The notes under the pieces are model-generated. The model worked only from the letters and a program-made list of their open reading frames with translations. It ran no database searches and had not been told where the DNA came from. From NCBI GenBank assembly GCA_963706025.1, contig CAVPLM010000006.1, forward strand, positions 1 to 64,000: DNA of 64,000 nt. Direction: 5' to 3'. Source of the DNA: an uncultured Actinomycetes bacterium (GTDB lineage: Bacteria; Actinomycetota; Thermoleophilia; RBG-16-64-13). Position 1 is the stretch's first letter. Each line of letters opens with the position of its first letter. Positions 1-8,403 of the stretch are shown here, one piece after another. The translations under genes and the position numbers were made by a program.

Positions 1-5
1 CCCGG

Positions 6-371
6 TCACTCCTGGCTTATCTCTAACAACGCGAGAAGCCGGTCGGGAGGATCGTTCCTACTGACGAACCCGTCGCAGCCGGCCCCCAATGACTCGCCGC
101 GCGACTCCGGTCTGCCGCTCATCGCGATCATCCGGCAGCCTGGCGCTCTCTGCTTCGACTCCCTGACGAACTCCGCGGTGCTCCCACCGGCGTAGTCCCC
201 CTGGGGAAGCTCCCAGTCGAGCAAGATCACGTCGACGCCCGCGCGCTCAAGGGCCGCGAGGGCCTGGCCCAGGTCGCCCGCCTCGAGGACGTCCCCCTCG
301 CCCAGTTCTTCGAGGAGCAGGCGAAGAGCCGCTCGGATCTCGCCGTTGTCATCTGCAAGAAGAGTCCTCAT
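6..371 (-). CDS. Single-domain response regulator (receiver only)
   Basis: 121 aa; LLADD, phospho-acceptor ILLDW, IAMSG; no output domain; the conserved Lys appears as Arg (FVSRN). Confidence 0.85.
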   Translation of the reverse strand: MRTLLADDNGEIRAALRLLLEELGEGDVLEAGDLGQALAALERAGVDVILLDWELPQGDYAGGSTAEFVRESKQRAPGCRMIAMSGRPESRGESLGAGCDGFVSRNDPPDRLLALLEISQE

Positions 372-413
372 GGGTCAACTGTGCCTCAGAGCGGCCCTGG
401 CGCCCAGCGGCAA

Positions 414-437
414 TCGGCCGGTTTGAAGCCTGGCCGG
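414..437 (-). promoter_or_regulatory. Candidate regulator binding site, copy 1 (CCGGCCAGG-N6-ACCGGCC)
   Basis: Minus strand reads CCGGCCAGGCTTCAAACCGGCC; same motif and spacing at 5061 and 8247. Confidence 0.45.
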
Positions 438-494
438 CTGGCCAGTTATGGGGCGGCTCGGGCCGGTCCTAAAGCTGCCCCGGGGCCAGTTCGG

Positions 495-2738
495 CTACGT
501 CGGCGGCACGGACGACCAGGTGACTTCGACCTTTGTCCCTTCCCCCGGGGCGGAACAGATGAGCAGATTGGCTCTGACCGACTCGGCCCGCTCCCGCATG
601 ATCCCCAGCCCAAGCTGGCCTCCGCCCGCCGCCGGGTCAAAACCGGCTCCATCGTCTTCCACGGCGAGGCGGGCGTCGTCCGGGTGCCCGACTAGGGGCG
701 CCAGCGAGACCTTGGCCTTGCGGGCGCGGGAGTGCTTCGCAACATTGTTGAGAGCTTCCTGGGCGATGCGGTAGAAGGCGAGCCGCACGTCGGTGGGCAG
801 CTCTCCGGAGCCCTCGGTGACCACCTCGACCGGTATGCGGGCGCGGCCCGTGACCGCTTCGCCGAGCTGCTTGAGCAGGTCTGGCAGCTTCGCTTCGGCC
901 AGAGCGGCGGGCCGAAGCTCGAGGAGCAGCGTGCGCATCTCGGCCAGCGCGCCCCGGCTCAGTTGGCGCAATTCGTCCAGGCGTTGGGCCCCCTGGACCG
1001 GATCTCTCTCGTAGATCCGGGGCAGGACCTCGGCGATCAGGCTCACGGAGAAGAGGGTCTGACTGACGGCGTCATGTAGGTCCCGGGCCAAGCGGTTCCT
1101 CTCCGCAGCAGCCGCGGACTCCTCCGCGTGCTCATACAGGCGCGCATTGTCGACAGCCATTCCGATCTGATTACCGAGGGCGGCGAGCGAGGACAGTTGT
1201 TCGGGAGAAGAATCCGGTTCCCGGCGGGTGAGGAGCATCAGAGCTCCAAAGACCGTCCCCTTCGCGTTCACCGGGATCTGGATCATAGAGCGCCAGCCGG
1301 CCGGCTCCAACAGACCGCGGAGTTCCTCGGAAACGGAGCCCATCGGGAGGGGCGCCGGCTGCCCCTCGAGCGCTGTCAGCCGCTGCTCCAGGTACTCAGG
1401 GGGAAGGGTGCGGATGCTGGCGAGCACGTCGGCGGGCAGATTTCGCGACGCGATCAGACGGACCTCGCCCCCCTGTCCCTCTCTCTCGGGGAGCATGAAG
1501 GCCACTCCCGCCTCGAAGCCCAGGTCGGCCATTATCTCGCCGAGCGCATCGTCGAGGATCCGTTCCAGATCGAGGGACTGGCTGACGACCGCGGCGACAG
1601 CGTTGAGCGTGGCGAGTTCCTGGGTTCGGGCGGCCACCCGCTTGTCCAGCTCGGCGTACGAGTCGCGAAGTTGCAGGGACATGATGTTGAATTGCTCCGC
1701 GAGCTCCTGCAGCTCATCATGCGTGGTGATGCTCACTGAATGCTCGAAGTCGCCTGCCGCCACCTTTCGGGCGGCTCCGGTGAGCACCTGCACCGGGCGC
1801 GTCACCCGGCGGACGCCGAACCACACCACCAGCGATGGGATCAACAGCCCGAGAACAAGTAGCACAATGAGAAAGGTGCGGTATCCCTGGAAAGGGCGAA
1901 TGATGGTGGCCCAATCTTCTATCGCGATGAGGCCCCAGTTGGTACCGGGGACGGGGGCATAGGCGGCGACGACGTCCCTCTGGCTGAGATCGCGAGTGCG
2001 CTGAGCGCCCGTCTGGCCGGATACGACGTCCTGGACGATCTTCTGAGACATCAAGTCCATGCCTACCAGAGCCGCATCTGGGTGCTGGATGACCCGGCCG
2101 TTCCCATCGACGACGTATACGTCTCCACTCACGCCCAGCCGGAGTTTGGCGATATCACCGTAGAGCGCGCTCACCGAGGTCGCTCCCACGCGGAACATGC
2201 CCGCCAGGACGCCGTTGAACTCTCCCCCGGGTCCGGTGATAGGCACAGCGACAGTCACCACGGGCGCGCCCTCCACTCCGTCGAGGCCGATGTCCGAGTA
2301 AACCGGTCGTGACGAGCGCAGAAGCTGGGCGAAGTAGGGACGGGACGACCAGCCCTGACCGACATCTCCGGGCCGGGAGGGCCAGGCGGCGGCGAATGTG
2401 CCACGGGGATCGAGGATGATCGTCCCGGCATCGAAGATAGAGAGCTTGTTCGAGGCCGCGGCCAGCGCCTTCTCCTGTTGGGCCGGTTGGTTGCCCGCGA
2501 TATCCGCTTGCCGGGTCAGGCTGCCAAGATCCAGGGCGAACTGGTTGATCTCGGCGGCCAGGTTCGCGGCCGACAAGCGAGCGAGTTCCTGATTGCGCTG
2601 TATGGCCTGCTGCTCTGTCACGCGGCCATACGCGTACACTGCGACCAGCGCCACGGCAAAGAGGATGACCGCGGTCGGCACAAAAGACCAGGCGAGAATC
2701 CTTCTTCGCAAAGGGCTGCGCGTGAAAAGAGCTCTCAT
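495..2738 (-). CDS. Sensor histidine kinase (TM-dCache-TM-HAMP-GAF-HisKA_3-HATPase)
   Basis: Two TM helices flanking a Cache-like region; HAMP (DELQELAEQFN); ERNRLARDLHDAVSQ H-box; QEALNNVAKHS; DDGAGF; GLGIMRERA. Confidence 0.95.
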   Translation of the reverse strand: MRALFTRSPLRRRILAWSFVPTAVILFAVALVAVYAYGRVTEQQAIQRNQELARLSAANLAAEINQFALDLGSLTRQADIAGNQPAQQEKALAAASNKLSIFDAGTIILDPRGTFAAAWPSRPGDVGQGWSSRPYFAQLLRSSRPVYSDIGLDGVEGAPVVTVAVPITGPGGEFNGVLAGMFRVGATSVSALYGDIAKLRLGVSGDVYVVDGNGRVIQHPDAALVGMDLMSQKIVQDVVSGQTGAQRTRDLSQRDVVAAYAPVPGTNWGLIAIEDWATIIRPFQGYRTFLIVLLVLGLLIPSLVVWFGVRRVTRPVQVLTGAARKVAAGDFEHSVSITTHDELQELAEQFNIMSLQLRDSYAELDKRVAARTQELATLNAVAAVVSQSLDLERILDDALGEIMADLGFEAGVAFMLPEREGQGGEVRLIASRNLPADVLASIRTLPPEYLEQRLTALEGQPAPLPMGSVSEELRGLLEPAGWRSMIQIPVNAKGTVFGALMLLTRREPDSSPEQLSSLAALGNQIGMAVDNARLYEHAEESAAAAERNRLARDLHDAVSQTLFSVSLIAEVLPRIYERDPVQGAQRLDELRQLSRGALAEMRTLLLELRPAALAEAKLPDLLKQLGEAVTGRARIPVEVVTEGSGELPTDVRLAFYRIAQEALNNVAKHSRARKAKVSLAPLVGHPDDARLAVEDDGAGFDPAAGGGQLGLGIMRERAESVRANLLICSAPGEGTKVEVTWSSVPPT

Positions 2739-2759
2739 GCGGCGACTTGAACCGGCGCC

Positions 2760-4232
2760 TTAGTTCCCGGCGTTCGTCTGAGCTGCTTCGATCTGTCGGC
2801 TCACGTCGTGCAAGATGTCGACCGGAGCTTGACCGAGGGTGAAGATCTTTGTAAAGGCGTCGCTGAGCAGGCGAGTGGCTTCGTCCATGTTGCTCGGGAA
2901 GACCTCCTGGACGACCGAGTAGCCTTCGCGGTGTGCGGCGGCGAACACGTCGAGATCGATGTCCCCGGCCTTCTCCGGGTACTGCTCCTTCACGAATCGC
3001 TGCCAGTCTGCCACAAGCGACAGCCGGGCCGGCTGCAGCAGGTTCGCCTCCGCCATGGCCAGCCCGTACTCCTTGCTCACGAGGAACTTAACCAACTCCC
3101 AGGCCTCCTGCGGATGCCGCGTTCCGGAGTAGATTCCGAAGCCGTCGGTCGTGCTCAGTGTCACCCGCTGCGCCGGCCCCGCCGGGATGGGCGCCACGCC
3201 GATACGGAAGTCGGCGTTTTCAAGGATGTTCTTGAGCCCCCAGGAGCCATCTTCGACCATCGCCAGCTTGCCCCCGTAGAAAGCCGCCTGGGTCCCCACG
3301 TTGTTCACGTCCGTGAACGTAGCCATCACCTTGTCGTCCCACATGCGCGCCCGCACCCACTCGAGAGCTGTCAGCGCCTCAGGGCTATTGATGACGCATT
3401 TGGACGGATCGCTGGGATCTACGATGTGGGCGCCCCAAGCATTGATGTGGACCTGCAGCCGGTCCCACCCGATATCGATCATGCTGCCCCAGATGTCGGT
3501 CTTGCCGTCGCCGCTGGTATCGCGAGTCAGCTTCTTCATGGCCGCAAGGTAGTCGTCGTGAGTCCAGGAGGCATCGGGATACGCCACGCCGTACTTGTCG
3601 AAGATGTCCTTGTTGTAGTAGAGGACGAGGGTGCCCTGGTACTTCGGCACGCCGAACTGGCGTCCGCTCGCGTCGAAGAAGGCCTTGTACTGGGCCGGAT
3701 CCCAGTCGGCGACGATGGCCGGGTCCAGGTCGGTCTCCACGTACTTACTCAGGTCGAGCACGTAGCCTTTCTGATTCCATGCGGGGAAGAACTCGCAGCA
3801 CCCCTGGAAGACGTCGGCTGCGTTACCGGCCTGCATGTCGAGGGGCATCTCGTCGGCGAGGTTCTCGGGGTCCGGCGTGTAGAAGACGCTGAGGTTCGGA
3901 TGCTCCGCCTGGAAGATCGTCAGCTCTTTCTGAGCCATAGGAGGAAACCACTCGGTCCTCCAGTCCTGGTACACGAGTTGCACCCTCTGCTCCGTCGAGG
4001 ATGACGTGGAAGGGCTGCTACCGCACCCCGCCACGACGAGGCCGGTCGTCGCGAGCGCGCAGGCGAGCAGGGCTGCCCCCGCCAACAGGCTGCTGAATAA
4101 TGACGCCGCGCCGTCAGGGCGCGATGGCCGCGCGCGAGAGAAGAACGCAGGAAGTGCGAATAGCAGCGCTATTCGTGCGACCGAGGACGTGCTATCGCGC
4201 CGGCCAGTGCGTTCTGGGGGCCGTGGCGTCAT
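2760..4232 (-). CDS. Extracellular solute-binding lipoprotein (sugar-type, family 1)
   Basis: Lipobox VVAGC followed by a Ser/Thr linker; LYYNKDIFDKYGVAYPD, FYGGKLAM, EAWELVKFL. Start uncertain (4232, or 4307 with an ATGA overlap); the ORF-track 5' part overlaps the regulator gene and is not real. Confidence 0.9.
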   Translation of the reverse strand: MTPRPPERTGRRDSTSSVARIALLFALPAFFSRARPSRPDGAASLFSSLLAGAALLACALATTGLVVAGCGSSPSTSSSTEQRVQLVYQDWRTEWFPPMAQKELTIFQAEHPNLSVFYTPDPENLADEMPLDMQAGNAADVFQGCCEFFPAWNQKGYVLDLSKYVETDLDPAIVADWDPAQYKAFFDASGRQFGVPKYQGTLVLYYNKDIFDKYGVAYPDASWTHDDYLAAMKKLTRDTSGDGKTDIWGSMIDIGWDRLQVHINAWGAHIVDPSDPSKCVINSPEALTALEWVRARMWDDKVMATFTDVNNVGTQAAFYGGKLAMVEDGSWGLKNILENADFRIGVAPIPAGPAQRVTLSTTDGFGIYSGTRHPQEAWELVKFLVSKEYGLAMAEANLLQPARLSLVADWQRFVKEQYPEKAGDIDLDVFAAAHREGYSVVQEVFPSNMDEATRLLSDAFTKIFTLGQAPVDILHDVSRQIEAAQTNAGN

Positions 4233-4303
4233 TGTTCGGTGGCCTCCCAAGGCAGGACGGCGCGCGAGCCATCGCACCGTGCGTCTGCGGGACCCGGCCG
4301 ACC

Positions 4304-4942
4304 TCATTTGACCAACCGCCCGTGGATGGCCATCGAAGCGGCCTCGGTGCGGCTGGCGGCCCCGAGCTTCATCAAGATGTTGCTGACATGGAACTTCACC
4401 GTCGACCGGCTTACGAACAGCTTCTTGGCTATCTCGGGGTTGCTCAGGCCGTCCACCATCAACTGGAGTATCTCGAGCTCGCGCTCGGTGAGGCCCGGGT
4501 CGGGCTCGGCGGGATGGGTTGTAGCCCGTATCAGTACCTCGGCCGCCTCCGGCGCCAGCGTCGGCCGGCCGGCGTGCGCAGCCCTGATGGCGTTGGCCAG
4601 CTCGTCCGCCGAGACGTTCTTCAGCAGGTAGCCGATGGCTCCGGCTTTGAGCGCCCCCTGCACCAGCTCCTCTTCCTTGTAGCTGGTGAGTGCGATGACC
4701 TGCACGTGCGGACAGGTCTGGCGGATCAGCCGGGTGGCCTCGGAACCATCCACCTCCGGCATCACCAGGTCCATCAGGACCACGTCGGGCCGGAGGTCCG
4801 GGCACTTGCGCACCGCTTCCAGACCACCGCTGGCGTCACCCACGAACTCCAGGTCGTCGTATGCCATCAAGAACGTCGATAACCCGCTCCGCACCACCGC
4901 GTGGTCGTCAACGATCATCACTCGTACCGCTCCCGCTTCCAT
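4304..4942 (-). CDS. NarL/LuxR-family response regulator
   Basis: IVDDHAVVR, VLMDLVMP, GYLLK, and LuxR HTH LTERELEIL...SNPEIA...TVKFHVSNILMKL. Confidence 0.97.
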   Translation of the reverse strand: MEAGAVRVMIVDDHAVVRSGLSTFLMAYDDLEFVGDASGGLEAVRKCPDLRPDVVLMDLVMPEVDGSEATRLIRQTCPHVQVIALTSYKEEELVQGALKAGAIGYLLKNVSADELANAIRAAHAGRPTLAPEAAEVLIRATTHPAEPDPGLTERELEILQLMVDGLSNPEIAKKLFVSRSTVKFHVSNILMKLGAASRTEAASMAIHGRLVK

Positions 4943-5060
4943 GCGACTCCTCCCCCGGATCGCCCGGTCGCGAATCGCTCGCGCTCCCCGAGCAACGTTC
5001 AGCCCTAAGGGTAGCGCGCCGGGCGCGGTTATTTAACCCCATCGGCAGAAACCCCTCCAT

Positions 5061-5085
5061 CCGGCCAGGTACAAGACCGGCCAGG
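5061..5085 (+). promoter_or_regulatory. Candidate regulator binding site, copy 2 (direct repeat of CCGGCCAGG)
   Basis: CCGGCCAGG TACAAG ACCGGCCAGG in the divergent intergenic region. Confidence 0.5.
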
Positions 5086-5179
5086 CAGACGTCCGAAGAC
5101 TCTCCTCCCGCCTGATTCGGCCGGCCGCGCAAACGACGAACATGGAGACAGCACATAACGCAAGACCGGAGGCGGAGCG

Positions 5180-6334
5180 ATGAGGATCTTCAGGAACGTG
5201 TTTCGCAGGAAGATGAGGGCCTTCTTGACCATATTCGGCATCACCATCGGGGTGTTCGCCCTGGTCGTGATGGGCAGCATGGCCGAGAAGATCAACCTGA
5301 TGGTGTCCGGCGGCACCCGCTACTACAGCGACAAGGTGGTCATCACCGACGCCTCCACCCCCACCGGCGGCTACAGCACCACGCCTATCGCCGTGAACCG
5401 CATCCAGGAGATCGAGGACGTTCCCGGCGTGGCTCGGGCAAGCGCCAGCATCTACATCCTGCTGGACGAAGACAGCGGCATGTCCATGAACGGCATCGTC
5501 GGCAGCGACATGCGGAACCAGGGCTATGAGACGTTCGAGCTCCGGATGGCCGAAGGCCGCGATCTGACCGCTGCCGACCGCGGCAAAGCGGTCGTGGGTT
5601 GCGATATCGCCAAAGCGCTGGACGCGGAAGTGGGAGGGACCATCGACCTGAGGGGCAAGCCCTTCGAGGTGGTGGGCATCTACGACAAGACCCTCACTGC
5701 CCCCGACAACACGGCGGTCATAAGCCTCCACGACGTCCAGCAGCTCCTCTACGTACAACTGCCTGCCATAGTGCAGGCGCAGGTGGACCCGGACGAACTG
5801 GCCACCTCGATCACGGCCTATCCGGATCCCGGTGTCGACCCCGACCAGCTCGCCTCGACGATCGAAGGCACAGTGTCCAACGTCACCGCTTCCGGTCCCC
5901 AGGCCTTCATCGACCAGTTCAAGAGCGCGACCAAGATCTTCAACAGCATCATCTTCGGTGTGGCGCTCATCTCCCTGCTGGTCGGCGGCCTGTCGGTGGT
6001 GAATACCATGACCATGTCGGTGCTCGAGCGGACCCGGGAGATCGGCATCCGCAAGGCGATCGGCGCCTCCCACCGGCAGATCGTGGGCCAGTTCCTGACC
6101 GAGTCCGCGTTCATCGGCTTCCTCGGCGGAGCCACCGGCCTCCTCCTGGGCTGGATCGCCGCGACCGTGGTGAACGCCCTGATGGAGCAGAGCGGCACCG
6201 TTCTCTTCCTGGTGACCCCGCGGCTGGCGATCGGCGCCGTGGCCTTCGCGATCGTCCTCGGTGTGGCCAGCGGCTTCTACCCGTCCTTCCACGCAGCGCG
6301 GCTCAAGCCGGTCCTCGCCCTCAGGTGCGAGTGA
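5180..6334 (+). CDS. MacB/FtsX-family ABC transporter permease
   Basis: RRKMRAFLTIFGITIGV; VNTMTMSVLERTREIGIRKAIGA; YPSFHAARLKPVLALR; SD GGAGG. Confidence 0.95.
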   Translation: MRIFRNVFRRKMRAFLTIFGITIGVFALVVMGSMAEKINLMVSGGTRYYSDKVVITDASTPTGGYSTTPIAVNRIQEIEDVPGVARASASIYILLDEDSGMSMNGIVGSDMRNQGYETFELRMAEGRDLTAADRGKAVVGCDIAKALDAEVGGTIDLRGKPFEVVGIYDKTLTAPDNTAVISLHDVQQLLYVQLPAIVQAQVDPDELATSITAYPDPGVDPDQLASTIEGTVSNVTASGPQAFIDQFKSATKIFNSIIFGVALISLLVGGLSVVNTMTMSVLERTREIGIRKAIGASHRQIVGQFLTESAFIGFLGGATGLLLGWIAATVVNALMEQSGTVLFLVTPRLAIGAVAFAIVLGVASGFYPSFHAARLKPVLALRCE

Positions 6335-6437
6335 GGGCGGCAGGATCGTGAGCCAGACCGACTCGAACAACAGCGTAATGACCGCCGACAGCAGCGACAC
6401 CGACATGACTACCAAGAACATAGAAGGGACGAAGACA

Positions 6438-7184
6438 ATGAAGACCATGGTGAGCGTACGCGGACTCGAGAAGCGTTATCAACTGGGCAAAGACAACTAC
6501 GTCGACGCTCTGCGCGGCGCCTCGGTAGACGTCGGGGCCGGCGAGATGGTGGCCATCATGGGACCGTCGGGATGCGGGAAATCGACGATGCTCCACATGA
6601 TGGGCTGCCTCGACGAGCCCGATTCCGGCGAGGTGTGGCTGAACGGCCGCCGGGTCGACGACCTGAGCACCCGGGCGACGACCAAGCTGCTTCGCGAGGA
6701 GATCGGCTTCATCTTCCAGGGCTTCAACCTGGTATCTTCCATGACGGCCCTCGACAACGTCGCCCTTGCCTCACAGTATGCGGGTAAGTCGCGGCGCGAG
6801 GCACAGAAGTTGGCGCGCGAAGCCCTCGAGGCCGTAGGCCTGGGCGACCGCGCCGGCCACCGGCCGTCGGAGCTCTCCGGGGGGCAGCAGCAGCGGGCGG
6901 CGATCGCCCGGGCGCTGGTCAACCGGCCCGCGGTCATCATGGGCGACGAGCCCACCGGCAACCTGGACAGCACCAGCTCGGCGGAAGTCATCGACATGAT
7001 GCGCGAGATCAACCTGCTCACGGGCACCACGTTCATCCTGGTGACTCACGATCCCGATGTGGCCTCGGGCTGCGACCGGGTGATCCACATGCGCGACGGC
7101 GTGGTCTCCGACGAGACCGCCTGCTGCATGGCGCTCGCCCGCGCGCCCGAAGGCGCCGACCGCGAGCTCGCGGCAGTAGCCTGA
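6438..7184 (+). CDS. ABC transporter ATP-binding protein (MacB/LolD type)
   Basis: Walker A GPSGCGKST, LSGGQQQR, DEPTGNLD, VTHD; start could be further upstream (6348). Confidence 0.95.
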   Translation: MKTMVSVRGLEKRYQLGKDNYVDALRGASVDVGAGEMVAIMGPSGCGKSTMLHMMGCLDEPDSGEVWLNGRRVDDLSTRATTKLLREEIGFIFQGFNLVSSMTALDNVALASQYAGKSRREAQKLAREALEAVGLGDRAGHRPSELSGGQQQRAAIARALVNRPAVIMGDEPTGNLDSTSSAEVIDMMREINLLTGTTFILVTHDPDVASGCDRVIHMRDGVVSDETACCMALARAPEGADRELAAVA

Positions 7185-7214
7185 CCGGAGCCGGCAAGAA
7201 AATGAGGAGTGCTC

Positions 7215-8186
7215 ATGAAAGCGATAGTCTACACACAGTACGGCCCGCCAGAAGTCCTGCGTCTGGCCGAAGTGGAGAAGCCGGTCCCCCGGGACGATGA
7301 AGTGCTCATACGAGTGCACGCGAGCACCGTGACGGCCGCGGACTTCCGCTGCAGGAGCTTCACGGTACCCCTGTCGTTCTGGATCCCCGCCCGTCTGTTC
7401 CTTGGCATCGTGAGACCCAAACGGCCGATTCTCGGCGCCGAGCTCTCCGGGGAGATCGTAGAGACAGGCAAAGACGTGACCAGGTTCAAGACGGGCGACC
7501 AGATCTTCTCCGCGACCATCGGTAGATTCGGCGGCTACGCCGAGTACACGTGCCTCCCCGAGACCGGTGTGATCGCCCCGAAGCCGGCCAACATGACCTA
7601 CGAAGAGGCCGCGGCTGTGCCGATAGGAGCCCGCGCGGCGCTCCACTTTCTCAAGAAGGCGAACATCAAGAGCGGCCAAAAGGTGCTTGTCTACGGGGCC
7701 TCGGGCAGCGTTGGTACCTTCGCCGTGCAGCTCGCCAAGTACTACGGAGCGGAAGTCACCGCCGTATGTAGCGGCTCGAATCTCGAACTCGTGAGGTCGC
7801 TTGGCGCCGACAAGGCTATCGACTACACCGCGGAGGACTTCACTGCCCAGGGAGAGATCTACGACGTCATCTTTGTGGCGGTGGACAAGGGCTCGTTCAC
7901 CGACTGCATGAAGGCGCTGAAGCCGAAAGGCATCTACCTGAACGCCACCACGCCGGTACGCTCCCCTCGCATGCGGTGGACGGCCCTGACCAGCGACAAG
8001 ACGATCGTCACCGGAGAACACCCAAGCGAAGAACCCGACGACCTCGTCTTTCTAAAAGGCCTGATCGAAAAGGAAGTACTGCGTTCGGCTATAGACCGGT
8101 GCTACCCGCTTGAACAAATCGTCGAAGCTCACCGCTACGTGGACCAGGGACACAAAAAGGGAAACGTAGTCATAACGATTGAGTGA
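7215..8186 (+). CDS. NAD(P)-dependent MDR-family oxidoreductase (quinone oxidoreductase-like)
   Basis: [47 protein letters not shown]. Confidence 0.92.
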   Translation: MKAIVYTQYGPPEVLRLAEVEKPVPRDDEVLIRVHASTVTAADFRCRSFTVPLSFWIPARLFLGIVRPKRPILGAELSGEIVETGKDVTRFKTGDQIFSATIGRFGGYAEYTCLPETGVIAPKPANMTYEEAAAVPIGARAALHFLKKANIKSGQKVLVYGASGSVGTFAVQLAKYYGAEVTAVCSGSNLELVRSLGADKAIDYTAEDFTAQGEIYDVIFVAVDKGSFTDCMKALKPKGIYLNATTPVRSPRMRWTALTSDKTIVTGEHPSEEPDDLVFLKGLIEKEVLRSAIDRCYPLEQIVEAHRYVDQGHKKGNVVITIE

Positions 8187-8246
8187 AAGATGAACGGCGA
8201 AGCCGCCGGTCTGCGACGCCGCTCCCGTCCTGCCGCCCCTGTCCTA

Positions 8247-8268
8247 CTGGCCAGGGAAAATCCCGTCC
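8247..8268 (+). promoter_or_regulatory. Candidate regulator binding site, copy 3
   Basis: CTGGCCAGG GAAAAT CCCGTCC upstream of the MMPL gene. Confidence 0.35.
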
Positions 8269-8403
8269 TTCGGCGTAGTCCCGATTCCCGACTGGTGCCC
8301 GGTCCGCGCGAGCTCTACGCGCCCTACCCTTATGACATGTAGAAAGCCGGTGACGCGATCCGGCCGCGCGGCGGGAACGACTGTGAAGAGAGTGGGGTGC
8401 CTG

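Noticed and set aside
4233-4805. Long N-terminal extension of the solute-binding protein
   Set aside because: Most of it is an alternative frame of the response regulator gene
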